IMG/VR virus record: IMGVR_UViG_3300044624_003554
Coordinates: 1-64,000 of that record
DNA length: 64,000 nucleotides
Source of the DNA: a virus
Lineage: Duplodnaviria; Caudoviricetes
Reading direction: 5' to 3' (one strand)
Shown here: piece by piece, positions 20,388 through 30,137 of the stretch
How positions within the stretch are numbered: the stretch's first letter is position 1
Layout: the number at the start of each line of letters is the position of its first letter
The notes under the pieces: model-generated
Database searches by the model: none
The model's input: the letters and a program-made list of their open reading frames with translations, nothing else
Told to the model about the DNA's origin: nothing
Translations under genes and position numbers: made by a program

Positions 20388-21449
20388 AAATTTTTGAACG
20401 AAAAATTGTTTATTTTTTTGAAACGCTTCTATTTCTGAGAAGCGATAAAAATGATTTGAGAAGTCGCTAGAAAGTCGTGCAATTTTATCTACTCTTGAAC
20501 TATTCATGACAATAATTTCTTTTACGTAATCTTTCATTAAATCTAAAAGCTTTTTTCTATTCCAAATTTGCTTGCATATTTTATATTCATTTAAAAATTC
20601 TCCAGCTTTTAATCTGTTTTCTGCCAAACCAATGTCTTTAATTCTTTTTGTGATAAAGTCATACTCTTTTAATCCAGTCATTTGAAGCTCAAATACAAGA
20701 TTTGTTAAATCAAAAAATGGACTTCCTACAAACGCATTTTCAAAATTAATAAATTTAAAAGAATTGTCATTGTTTATAATTGTGCTCAAATCTAGATTTC
20801 CATGTACTAATTTTTTTAGCTTTAAAGAGTTTTCATTTTTTTCAAAAATAGACATCATTTCAAAAAATATTTCTCCATACATATTTTTTGCAAATTCAAA
20901 TTCATCTTCTTCTCCAGAGTCAACATAAGATAAAATATTTTCAAAATTAATATTTTGATATTCTAAATAAGATCTGGTATCGTCTAAATGTGGCCAAACT
21001 TCTTTAGGAGGCTCATAAAAATGCATTCTGGAAATTACTTTATTAAAATAATTATATTGATCGTCTAGAATTGCAGAACCTCCAAGATTTAATAAATTTT
21101 CTGAATATTCAAATGTCTGAATTGTATAATAAATAGTTTTGCCATATTCGATTTCGTTTCTATCTACTGCTTGAGGTGCTATTTCTAAATGCTCAATCCC
21201 CTTCAAAATCATAAAATCATAAAAAATTGGAACTTGATCAAAAGAAATTTTCAAACAGAAACCTTTATCGAAAATTTCGACTAAAAAAGAATCATAGTCG
21301 TCATTTTCATCTATTAATTTTATTTTTGTAACTAGCTTTTCGCCATGCCTCGCAAATATAAGTTTTATTAAACTTTCCTGAGAACCAGAAACAAAGTCAG
21401 CTCTTGGGATTAAAAAAGATCTTTGGTTTAAAGCTGTAGTTATGTTCAT
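20364..21449 (-). CDS. APH/choline-kinase-fold protein with degenerate catalytic motifs
   Basis: LVHGNL and FINFENAFVGSPFFDL align to the HGDL and IDWE..GxPxxDL motifs. Confidence 0.6.
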   Translation of the reverse strand: MNITTALNQRSFLIPRADFVSGSQESLIKLIFARHGEKLVTKIKLIDENDDYDSFLVEIFDKGFCLKISFDQVPIFYDFMILKGIEHLEIAPQAVDRNEIEYGKTIYYTIQTFEYSENLLNLGGSAILDDQYNYFNKVISRMHFYEPPKEVWPHLDDTRSYLEYQNINFENILSYVDSGEEDEFEFAKNMYGEIFFEMMSIFEKNENSLKLKKLVHGNLDLSTIINNDNSFKFINFENAFVGSPFFDLTNLVFELQMTGLKEYDFITKRIKDIGLAENRLKAGEFLNEYKICKQIWNRKKLLDLMKDYVKEIIVMNSSRVDKIARLSSDFSNHFYRFSEIEAFQKNKQFFVQKFSELILNK

Positions 21450-21471
21450 AGTATCTATTACATTATAAAAT

Positions 21472-21510
21472 AAAAACCCCGCCAAGTAAACTTAGCGGGG
21501 TTTATTTTTA
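21472..21510. terminator. Intrinsic terminator (bidirectional form)
   Basis: AAAAACCCCGCCAAG-TAAA-CTTAGCGGGGTTTATTTTT downstream of the 21526..21744 gene. Confidence 0.8.
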
Positions 21511-21525
21511 ACTAAATGTCTGAAA

Positions 21526-21744
21526 TTAGACAGTTGCCGCAGTCACATTAGTCTTAAGAAGACGACGATTGCGAGCTTGATTGCGATCATAAACTACCAA
21601 ATATCGATCAGACTGACTGCGATATTGAGCGTTAATGCGCTCGCCGTTCTGCAGGGTTACTCCAAAAAAACGACCTGCGGTATTTGCAATGCGATCAAAT
21701 AGAGCTGTCGTTCTTTTGCTAGTTGTAGTATTTCTGGTTCTCAT
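21526..21744 (-). CDS. Small basic hypothetical protein (monocistronic)
   Basis: 72 aa, Arg-rich; has its own promoter and terminator. Confidence 0.7.
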   Translation of the reverse strand: MRTRNTTTSKRTTALFDRIANTAGRFFGVTLQNGERINAQYRSQSDRYLVVYDRNQARNRRLLKTNVTAATV

Positions 21745-21753
21745 ATACAAAAG

Positions 21754-21782
21754 ATACTACAAGAAGCATATGTCATTGTCAA
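21754..21782 (-). promoter_or_regulatory. sigma70 promoter TTGACA-N17-TAGTAT
   Basis: 9 nt before ATG 21744; lies in the 3' end of the Clp ATPase gene. Confidence 0.75.
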
Positions 21783-24162
21783 CTAATTTTAGAGAAATTT
21801 TGCTTAAATTTTGATTGGATACCAAAAATTTACAAAGGGGCAATTCAAAATTATTTTTTAATATTTTCTGAACAGATCTTGCATTATTGCCATCCTTTTC
21901 TATTAAAGAATATAAGTGATTTTTAATTTCAGTTGATGTTTCAAGTTTTATATCCTTGTTGTTTAAAGAATTCTGTATTTCAGATATAGTTTCCGAAATC
22001 ATCTTTAATAAACCCTCTTTGGAAAATTTATTATTAAAAATTAAAATCTCATCAAGTCTTGATATTAATTCTGGTTTAAATTGTCTTTTTACAGCCTTGT
22101 CGTAATCATTGTTTCTGTTTTCGGCTGATTGTGAGTTCACAAAGCCCATAGAACGCGCTGTTTCGGTTTCAGCACCAATATTGCCAGTCAATACGATTAT
22201 GGTATTAGAAAAATCAATTTTGCGATTAAAATTATCAACAATAGATCCTTCATCCATAATCTTAAGCAGAATATTGACTACATCTGGATGAGCCTTTTCC
22301 ACTTCATCAAAAAGAATCAGTGAAAATGGATTATTTCTGACGAATTCAGACAAAAGACCGCCCTCTTCATAGCCTACATAGCCTGCAGTTGCACCTATTA
22401 ATTTGGATATTGAATTTTTATCCACATACTCGGCCATGTCTATTTGTAAGAACGAATTAGATTTATTATAGAATTTTTCTGCTATAACTTTTGCAGTATA
22501 TGTTTTCCCAACGCCCGTAGATCCAATGAATAAAAAATTAGCTATTGTTTTCCGATTTTTCTTGATGCCAGCTTTTGCACAGAGAAGAACTTCGTAAATT
22601 TTATTTATAACTTCTGTTTGATCAAAGATTTTTGATTCAATTTCATCTTTGAGGGAAAGAAAATTGTCATTGCATTCGGATTTAATTTTATCTACATCTA
22701 ATCCACTGATCTTGGAAAAGATTTCTAAAATATGATTTTCGTTAATATTAAAAATTGAATTGGCTGTTTTTTTAAGCCAAGCATTTCTTTTGGTTAGGAA
22801 ATTTTTTAACATTTTTTCGCATTTATCTTTGTTTTCATTTAAAGATAAATCGAACTTTTCCATTGAATTTAAAATCTCGTCTTCTTTATTTTTAAGATTT
22901 TTAGGAACTTCAAACTTTTGAATTTTACCTTTAGCACCAATTCTATCCAATATATCAAACGCCTTATCTGGAAATTTTCTATATGGCATATATTTTTCAG
23001 ACAATGTAATTATCTTGTCAATGACTGAATCATCATAAGTGACACCATGAAATGTTTCATAAGAGTCTTTTGCCTTTCTGAGAATTTCAAATGTCTGTTT
23101 TTTATTTGGCTCTTCAATATTAATAACTTGAAACCTTCTATTTAAAGCAGAATCTTTTTCAAAATATTTTTTATATTCTGCTTGGGTTGTCGCTCCTATG
23201 CATTTGATTTCGCCTCTTGCGAGTGCAGGCTTAATCATGTTAGCTAAATCTAGAGAACCCTCAGTGGAGCCAGCCCCTACTATTGAATGAATTTCATCTA
23301 TGAACAAAATAGACTGTCTATCTTCTTTAAGTTCTTCAATAAGACCTTTAAATCTTTCTTCAAATTGCCCTCTATATTTTGTGCCAGCAACCATCAATCC
23401 AAGATCCAATGAGTAAATTTTGTATCCAGAAAAGAAAATTGGACAATCATTCGCATTGATTATCTGAGCTAACGCTTCTACAATTGCTGTTTTGCCTACT
23501 CCAGCTTCCCCAACTAATATTGCATTATTTTTAATTTTGCAAGATAGGATTTCTATCAATTTTGAAATTTCTTCATCCCTGCCTTCAATTTTAGATTCGT
23601 ACTTTGAAACTGATTCATTTAAGTTGTGGCAATATTTAGTACAAAACATTTTTTCAGCTTTTTCTTCTGAAGAATTTTCATTGCCTTCTGTTTTACTGTC
23701 TGTTGAAGATTTTTCATTTGGGTCTAAAAGCCCAATTATAGCTTCTGCAACTTGATCTAATGGAAATTCCTTAAAAATTAAAAATTTATTAATTATAGGG
23801 TCATTTTTAAGTATTGAATAAGTTAAATGCTCAATGCCTATAAATTCATGACCTAAACTTTTAGATAGTTTAAAAGACGCCCTCAATGCATCTTCAATGT
23901 CTGAACTCCACCAATCTTCATTATTTTCTTTTAGAAAAAGATTTGGTTCAGCTATTGGAAGTTCCAACAATAATGATTTTTTTAACCCATCATTGTTTAT
24001 TTTAAAATTTGAAAAAACTGCTTTTATTGGTAGAGATGCATGATCTATTATAGCACATAATATATGAGCATTATTTATTTTCTTATGTTTGTATTTATTG
24101 CCTATCTCTATAGCTGACTCAATAACCTTCTTGACTCTAGGAACAAGATTATATTTTTCCAT
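21757..24162 (-). CDS. clpC: ClpC/ClpA-type AAA+ chaperone
   Basis: Clp_N repeats; two AAA modules (GEAGVGKT/FIDEIH, GSTGVGKT/FDEVEKAH); RSMGF ClpP-docking-type loop. Confidence 0.85.
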   Translation of the reverse strand: MEKYNLVPRVKKVIESAIEIGNKYKHKKINNAHILCAIIDHASLPIKAVFSNFKINNDGLKKSLLLELPIAEPNLFLKENNEDWWSSDIEDALRASFKLSKSLGHEFIGIEHLTYSILKNDPIINKFLIFKEFPLDQVAEAIIGLLDPNEKSSTDSKTEGNENSSEEKAEKMFCTKYCHNLNESVSKYESKIEGRDEEISKLIEILSCKIKNNAILVGEAGVGKTAIVEALAQIINANDCPIFFSGYKIYSLDLGLMVAGTKYRGQFEERFKGLIEELKEDRQSILFIDEIHSIVGAGSTEGSLDLANMIKPALARGEIKCIGATTQAEYKKYFEKDSALNRRFQVINIEEPNKKQTFEILRKAKDSYETFHGVTYDDSVIDKIITLSEKYMPYRKFPDKAFDILDRIGAKGKIQKFEVPKNLKNKEDEILNSMEKFDLSLNENKDKCEKMLKNFLTKRNAWLKKTANSIFNINENHILEIFSKISGLDVDKIKSECNDNFLSLKDEIESKIFDQTEVINKIYEVLLCAKAGIKKNRKTIANFLFIGSTGVGKTYTAKVIAEKFYNKSNSFLQIDMAEYVDKNSISKLIGATAGYVGYEEGGLLSEFVRNNPFSLILFDEVEKAHPDVVNILLKIMDEGSIVDNFNRKIDFSNTIIVLTGNIGAETETARSMGFVNSQSAENRNNDYDKAVKRQFKPELISRLDEILIFNNKFSKEGLLKMISETISEIQNSLNNKDIKLETSTEIKNHLYSLIEKDGNNARSVQKILKNNFELPLCKFLVSNQNLSKISLKLVDNDICFL

Positions 24163-24171
24163 CTCCATATT

Positions 24172-24177
24172 TTACAC
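24172..24177 (-). promoter_or_regulatory. GTGTAA upstream motif
   Basis: 9 nt before ATG 24162. Confidence 0.5.
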
Positions 24178-26729
24178 TATTTCAATTCAGACAATTTCAT
24201 ATAAATCTTTTCATCCAAGATAAAAAGATTGTCCAAGAACATTGTATCATTTGATTTCCGTCCTGTCAATACAACTACGCTATCCTCTTTTGGAATCTTT
24301 CCCCCATTCTCAAAATACTGGGTCATTTTATTGTCTCTGCCATCCATTAACATACCAGTAATTGACCCCAATTCATCCTGAAGATTTATTTTTAAATATT
24401 TATTTTGATTTCGACTAGTTCTCTTTTCAGCTTCTGAAACCCAACCCACAACCCTAATGTTTGAATTGTTTTCAGTAGCTCTGAATTCTAAACTGCTAGT
24501 AAATCTTTTATCGTCAGAATCCTTAAATATGTCTCTAATGTTATAGGAATAACTGTAACCAAGAAGCTTTTTCTCAAAAAACCAATTTGCAAATTTATGA
24601 TGTTTGATGTTTTTCTCATAGATCTCTTTGTATGGTTCATATTTTTTCTTAAACGTCTCAAATCTTTTGGGAGTCATAATTTTTTTATTATCATCTCCAA
24701 TCATGTCTTTTGAAACAACATCTTTTATGGAATTAAGGATGTCATAATTATACTTTGAGCCAACGTTGACAAACTGTATTTTTTCTCTATCCGTTAAAAT
24801 ATTGAATGTCTGAGCCTCTAAAACAAGCCTACATCTATCTGTGGAAAGGCTATCTAAGGCTCCAGCTTGAATTAGTGCAGACAATGCTCCTATGTTTAAG
24901 CCAGACTCTTTTGCGGCAATAAATAAATCATATTTATTTGAAAAACTGTTCTGTCTAAAATCAATCAGTGACTCTAGTACTTTTGTAGATATTCCCTTGA
25001 TTGAGTTTAAGCCATATCTTATATCACGATTTTCAATTTTAAAATCAGAATCAGACTTAATTAAATCTGGTGCAAGCAGCCTCATATCGAAATAAATAAG
25101 TTCTTTTGAGATCTTAGATATTTCTTCGTGCGGATCTGGTTCGTACTGAGTTGACTTAAGAAGGCTTAAAAAGAACTCTTTTGGATAATTGAATTTAAGA
25201 TAAACAGTCCAAGCAGCAAGAATTGCATATGAAATACTATGCGATTTATTAAAACTATAATTGGCGCTGTCTTCTGCAACCTTCCAAAGAACATTGCCAA
25301 TTTCTTCTGTCAAATTGTTTTCTTTTATTTTATCTTCAATTTTTTGTTTCCAAGCTTCGATTTGATCGACTTTCTTTTTACCCACAATTCTTCTCAATTG
25401 TTCAGACTCATCCAATGTAAAACCAACCTTGACGGCCATTTTCATCAACTGTTCTTGATACAGTGGAATCCCTCCAGTGTAGGAAAGTTCTTCGTCAAAG
25501 AATGGATTAACGCTTTGAAAGTTTCCGCTTTCAATATAAGTCGCATAATTTTGCAAAAATTCCAAAGCTCCTGGTCGCGCAATCGCAACCACTGCAGATA
25601 GTTCTTCAAGACTTCTTGGTTTGACTTTTTGACAAACTCTAAAGTTTGTATCCGCTTCAATCTGAAATAATCCTTGTGGATTTTGAAGATCTTTTAAATG
25701 ATCATAAATTAAATTTGAAGATAGATCAATATCCATCAAATTTACTCCAGTTTGTTTGCAGACATCTTGCAATACGGATAAGGTTCTTAATCCAAGAATA
25801 TCAAATTTAACCGTCAATTCTGATACGTTGTTCATATCGTATCCAGAAACCAAATCGCCATCTCCAGTTTTTTGAACTGGCATTAAATCTGTAAGTTCGT
25901 CATGTGAGATTGCGATACCTGAGGGATGCACCCCAGTATTTTTATTTAAGTTCTCAAGCTTTCTTGCTACAGCATAAACCGTTGGGTATGCATTACAGAA
26001 TTCTCTAAACTTATCGCTATCTTGAAACGCTTGAGTAAGTGGAGCGACTTTCCCGAATTTCTTGGGAATAGATTCACTGACTTCATTAACTTTTGATTCT
26101 TCTAATTCTCCAACGATTTTGCCACATTCTTTAATACAGAGCTTTCCGCTCAATGTATTCATCGTAAGAATTTTGCACGTTTTACCTTTAAATTTGTTTT
26201 CGATATAAGCAATGACTTCCTTTCTTCTTTCATAACTAATATCGTTATCCACATCTGCAAGCAGAGACCCATCAAGAAAAGTAACACCATTATCAACAAT
26301 TTTTCTTGCTCGGCTTTTGGAAACAAATCTTTCAAAAAATAATCCATATTTAATTGGGTCTACTTTTGTTACACCAATAAGATATAAAATTAAACTTCCT
26401 GCTGCACTGCCTCGTCCAGCACCAGTAGGAATTTCATTCTCATGACAATAATTTAAAATATCCCAGTTTAGTAGGATATAATCAATAAATCCAAGTTCTT
26501 CAAGAATAGTTAATTCTGTTTTTGCTCTATCGTAATATTCTTGCTTATTTTCAAATGAATCAATTTTTTTATCTTTAACTCCTTTAAATGCTAGTCGTCT
26601 CAAAAAGTCATAATTTGATATTGAGTTTGGCGCACTCAACATCTTGTAATATTTATCTTCAATTTTAATTTTTGGAAGAAGAACCCCAGCGGCAGTTGGG
26701 CTTTGATATTTTTGAAAGTCTGAAAACAT
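24177..26729 (-). CDS. dnaE: DNA polymerase III alpha (family C), catalytic part lacking PHP domain
   Basis: GRGSAAGSL, ADVDND, HPSGI, KFDILGL, YQEQLM, FNKSH; C-terminal OB fold. Confidence 0.92.
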   Translation of the reverse strand: MFSDFQKYQSPTAAGVLLPKIKIEDKYYKMLSAPNSISNYDFLRRLAFKGVKDKKIDSFENKQEYYDRAKTELTILEELGFIDYILLNWDILNYCHENEIPTGAGRGSAAGSLILYLIGVTKVDPIKYGLFFERFVSKSRARKIVDNGVTFLDGSLLADVDNDISYERRKEVIAYIENKFKGKTCKILTMNTLSGKLCIKECGKIVGELEESKVNEVSESIPKKFGKVAPLTQAFQDSDKFREFCNAYPTVYAVARKLENLNKNTGVHPSGIAISHDELTDLMPVQKTGDGDLVSGYDMNNVSELTVKFDILGLRTLSVLQDVCKQTGVNLMDIDLSSNLIYDHLKDLQNPQGLFQIEADTNFRVCQKVKPRSLEELSAVVAIARPGALEFLQNYATYIESGNFQSVNPFFDEELSYTGGIPLYQEQLMKMAVKVGFTLDESEQLRRIVGKKKVDQIEAWKQKIEDKIKENNLTEEIGNVLWKVAEDSANYSFNKSHSISYAILAAWTVYLKFNYPKEFFLSLLKSTQYEPDPHEEISKISKELIYFDMRLLAPDLIKSDSDFKIENRDIRYGLNSIKGISTKVLESLIDFRQNSFSNKYDLFIAAKESGLNIGALSALIQAGALDSLSTDRCRLVLEAQTFNILTDREKIQFVNVGSKYNYDILNSIKDVVSKDMIGDDNKKIMTPKRFETFKKKYEPYKEIYEKNIKHHKFANWFFEKKLLGYSYSYNIRDIFKDSDDKRFTSSLEFRATENNSNIRVVGWVSEAEKRTSRNQNKYLKINLQDELGSITGMLMDGRDNKMTQYFENGGKIPKEDSVVVLTGRKSNDTMFLDNLFILDEKIYMKLSELK

Positions 26730-27359
26730 TTAAATGTTAATTTCTTGTATTTGTTTTAAGAAGATCTTGAATGTCATTTCAATATCGTAAAGAGCATTAT
26801 GTAATTTTAATGGATCATGCTCAATCTCATACTGCTTTAATAGAGCAGCTTGACTTGTTTTAATCTTTTTATCCCGATGGGAAATGTATTTATACTGAGT
26901 TAGAATGTCACTTTTGTCAATATCTTTATTTCCCATAGCAATAGACATTGCCAATGCCCTAGTATCTAAAATCCTATGAACGTAAGAGTAATCTGGATCT
27001 AAGTCGCAGCATTTTCTTAATACGTTTAAGATATAAACGTCAAAATTAAGTAAGTTTTGTCCGACAATAATATAACTTGGATCGGTTATAACTGACCATA
27101 AATCTTTTAAAACTTTTAATGGATCTTCTGCTTTGGATTCATAATCGAATTGATTGAATCCAGTTATTCTTGCGGCATCTGGACTGACGTTCAGATCGGA
27201 CCATTTAACAAATCTATCGTTTTTAGATTTGATAGTTTTTCCTTGAGCCGTAATCCAAGAAATCTGCCAAGGTCTTGAGGAAACTAAATTAAGACCTTCG
27301 GTTTCAGTATCGAGGATTAAATACTTTTGATTAAATTTAAACCGTAGCAGGTCTTCCAT
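26730..27359 (-). CDS. dnaQ: DEDDh 3'-5' exonuclease (epsilon-like)
   Basis: ILDTETEG, GQNLLNFD, LHNALYD. Confidence 0.85.
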   Translation of the reverse strand: MEDLLRFKFNQKYLILDTETEGLNLVSSRPWQISWITAQGKTIKSKNDRFVKWSDLNVSPDAARITGFNQFDYESKAEDPLKVLKDLWSVITDPSYIIVGQNLLNFDVYILNVLRKCCDLDPDYSYVHRILDTRALAMSIAMGNKDIDKSDILTQYKYISHRDKKIKTSQAALLKQYEIEHDPLKLHNALYDIEMTFKIFLKQIQEINI

Positions 27360-28107
27360 ATTTTTCACTTTCTTTTAAAAAGCTTTCCCAGCAAAATTCA
27401 TCAGATCCAAAATGATTTAAATTTGGACTCGATAAAGACGACTCTTTTCCAAACGATCTATTGGTCAGACACTTGTAAGTTTGAAATGCAAAAACATCCT
27501 TTTTGCTCTTATAAAGAATTGTTTTTACTAAAACTGGATCTTTTGTTATTGAGTTTACTTGTCTTTCCAGCAGCGAATCAAAAGGTAGATGATTACGCTC
27601 GATGAAATAATGTGGCCTAGTGAAAACAAAATTAGGCAAACAAGTTCCAAATCCAAAGCTGTTGTTATGGATGTAAGAATCATAAAATGGAATTGCTAAT
27701 TTTAAAGAACTATCATCCCATAGCTCCTGTAGTATTTTACAGTCAATATATCCAGAATGGTCGCAAAATGCTTTTGAATAAATTTTATTTAATAATTTGC
27801 ATCCATTGTCGTTTTTTGCAAAAATAATAATCTTGTGTTTTGATTGCTCTTTCTTTTCATCAAGAACATCATTGCAACAATTCATTCTTAATCCATAGAT
27901 TAAATGTATGCCCATATTCTTGGTGGCTTTATGAGCTTCCAAGAAGCCAATCATCGAGTCTTCAACTAAAACAAGTTGAGTTAAATTATTCTCTTTGGCA
28001 ATCTGCAAGATTGAATCTGCCGCATCTTCATCTGGACAAGATTCTGGAGTATCTAACGTCAATATGCTCTTGCCTATAGAGAAGTTTGACTTAAAGATTG
28101 GTATCAT
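27337..28107 (-). CDS. Stand-alone PHP domain of DNA polymerase III alpha
   Basis: HKIIIFAKNDNGCKLLNKIYSKA and LVEDSM match the DnaE N-terminal PHP; metal-binding His residues largely absent. Confidence 0.75.
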   Translation of the reverse strand: MIPIFKSNFSIGKSILTLDTPESCPDEDAADSILQIAKENNLTQLVLVEDSMIGFLEAHKATKNMGIHLIYGLRMNCCNDVLDEKKEQSKHKIIIFAKNDNGCKLLNKIYSKAFCDHSGYIDCKILQELWDDSSLKLAIPFYDSYIHNNSFGFGTCLPNFVFTRPHYFIERNHLPFDSLLERQVNSITKDPVLVKTILYKSKKDVFAFQTYKCLTNRSFGKESSLSSPNLNHFGSDEFCWESFLKESEKYGRPATV

Positions 28108-28113
28108 AGAGGC

Positions 28114-28141
28114 ATTATGAATGACGAATCTTAAATGTCAA
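28114..28141 (-). promoter_or_regulatory. sigma70 promoter TTGACA-N16-CATAAT
   Basis: 6 nt before ATG 28107; the -35 overlaps the stop of the upstream nuclease gene. Confidence 0.65.
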
Positions 28142-29142
28142 CGTTTTTTGTGAGCTGGACATCCTTCGTATTTAAAAAGAAAAAATTCATGATCTGGATA
28201 TTTTTTTTCGTATTCTTTTTTTTCTTTAGTGAAACAAGAGTCTATAATTTTCCCGTCTTTTTTAATTTGATAAAAATCAAAAGCAAATTTAGCTGGACAG
28301 AACCATTTGGGAGATCCATCCACTTTCTTTTCATCGGCAGATTTTGCATAACCGCATAGCAAGGGTCCGCCAAAAGAATTATCCTTTGGAAAGTCAGCTT
28401 TAGCTGCAAAATTTTTCATTGCAACTTTTTCATTAAAATTATCAAGATATTTTTGTATTGAAGTTAATTGATGTTCAAATCCCCTAAGCTCTTCATCTGA
28501 AACTGGAGGCATTTTTATTACCCCTTTTTCTGGAGAGAATTTCAAAAAAACAAATTCACTATAGATCTTTTTAAGCTTTGGAAAAAGCTTTTTGACTGCA
28601 AGGGTATACATTAAATCTTGCAAATTATCGTCCAGATCTTTTCCTTTAAATACGTCCTTGCTTGATTTAAAGTCTCTAATAATAGCTTTTTCATTTTTAA
28701 TAAAAAGTTTGTCTATAAACCCTTTTGTTTTATAGGAGACTTGTCCGTCATTGACATCGAAATCAAAATCTCTTTCGGAAAAAGATTCATCTATATCTCC
28801 CATTGATTGTCCAAAAAAATCGTAATTTAATCCATTTAGTGTCATTTTCTTGATTAAATCAAGATTTTCTGGATCGTCAACATTAGAGCTTTTTGCTTCT
28901 GTTAGGATGAGTTTTTTAACTTTAGCACTCGCAAAGACATCTTGTTTTTCTATGATTTTTTCATAGTTCTTTTTTTCTTTAGCGTCTCCAAGTAATTCAA
29001 AAACTAAATGGCATATAGTTCCTCTTTTTGCTCCATCATTACTTTTATCTGGAGCTTTAAGAACATACTTAAACCAGTAAAGCCAGCTGCACGATTGAGC
29101 GGTTTTTATTCTACTTGCAGATAGCGTTACTCGTTCAGACAT
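28138..29142 (-). CDS. PD-(D/E)XK exonuclease (RecB/Cas4-like)
   Basis: LSASRIKT, GTICHLVFE, KGFIDKLF..IIRDFKSS, QDLMY. Confidence 0.8.
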   Translation of the reverse strand: MSERVTLSASRIKTAQSCSWLYWFKYVLKAPDKSNDGAKRGTICHLVFELLGDAKEKKNYEKIIEKQDVFASAKVKKLILTEAKSSNVDDPENLDLIKKMTLNGLNYDFFGQSMGDIDESFSERDFDFDVNDGQVSYKTKGFIDKLFIKNEKAIIRDFKSSKDVFKGKDLDDNLQDLMYTLAVKKLFPKLKKIYSEFVFLKFSPEKGVIKMPPVSDEELRGFEHQLTSIQKYLDNFNEKVAMKNFAAKADFPKDNSFGGPLLCGYAKSADEKKVDGSPKWFCPAKFAFDFYQIKKDGKIIDSCFTKEKKEYEKKYPDHEFFLFKYEGCPAHKKR

Positions 29143-30137
29143 TTTTTATAAAATTTAACTAATTTTGTTTTATTGAATTCGCTTTCGTTCTTTTTGATAA
29201 AGCTTAGAATGTCTTCAATAGTTAGTGATTCATTATTATTCCACTGATTGAATAAAAATTTATCTTTTGAATTTTGCATTTCTCCAAAGTCATTCAACAA
29301 AGGAGGTTTAATTTTTAGAATATGAAGATCGAAATAAGATGACAATTTAATAAAAGCTTTGATGGAAGAAATCAAGCCCCTATTTTTTTCACTAGAAGAG
29401 TCGTTATTATTTGATATATAAATACATTTGAGATTCTTAGAAATCAAGAAATTGATTAAAGCGTTACTGCAATCCAAGCCAAACATTACAAGATTATTAT
29501 GATAGCCATTTTGAGATAACGCCATGCTGTCTCCAATACTTTCCACAAGAATGACTTCGTCATTTATCTCTGGAAAGTCTGGAATACATGCAGGATAAAC
29601 CCAATTATTTTTGGAACCAATATGCTTCCATTTTGGAACATCTTTATCTTCATCGACTTTTCTTCCGCTAAATCCACAAATTTGTTTGTCAAAATTATAA
29701 ATTGGAAAAACAATCCTCCTATACATTCTGCCAGCAGAAGCTAAACCGCACTTATACATTGACTGAACTGACTGAGAAATACCTCTTTTTTCGTAAAAGG
29801 CATAGTTGGGAAAAAGTTTTTTTAAACATTCTTCTGGATATATTTTTTCCATTTCTAATTTTTCTTTTGGTTCCTCCGCCTTATAGTCAGCATAATCTTC
29901 TACGTATTTTTTGATTATTGAATAATCAGTAGTGTTTAAGGTTAATTCAACAAGTTTCTTGAAAGGCGTTGGGCCTTTGTTTGCTACAAAATCTTTCCAT
30001 ACGCCAGTGTCCTTATATATCATTACGGAGGTTGGATTATCTCCACCTCTATACATAGCCTTAGTTCTCCAATGATTGCCGAAATCTGAGAGTTCGTAAC
30101 CCAGTTCGACCAAGGATGAATAAATTCTAGAGTTCAT
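29127..30137 (-). CDS. dnaG: DNA primase (Toprim)
   Basis: RIVFPIYN..ICGFSGR, KWKH, VILVESIGD, NDFGEM. Confidence 0.8.
   Translation of the reverse strand: MNSRIYSSLVELGYELSDFGNHWRTKAMYRGGDNPTSVMIYKDTGVWKDFVANKGPTPFKKLVELTLNTTDYSIIKKYVEDYADYKAEEPKEKLEMEKIYPEECLKKLFPNYAFYEKRGISQSVQSMYKCGLASAGRMYRRIVFPIYNFDKQICGFSGRKVDEDKDVPKWKHIGSKNNWVYPACIPDFPEINDEVILVESIGDSMALSQNGYHNNLVMFGLDCSNALINFLISKNLKCIYISNNNDSSSEKNRGLISSIKAFIKLSSYFDLHILKIKPPLLNDFGEMQNSKDKFLFNQWNNNESLTIEDILSFIKKNESEFNKTKLVKFYKKCLNE

Noticed and set aside
24177-28107. Trans-splicing split intein in dnaE
   Set aside because: No intein N-terminal Cys/Ser block or terminal His-Asn motif at the ends of the PHP or polymerase ORFs.
28138-29142. 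CRISPR-associated Cas4
   Set aside because: No cas1/cas2 and no repeat-spacer array in the window; replication-gene context fits a recombination exonuclease.
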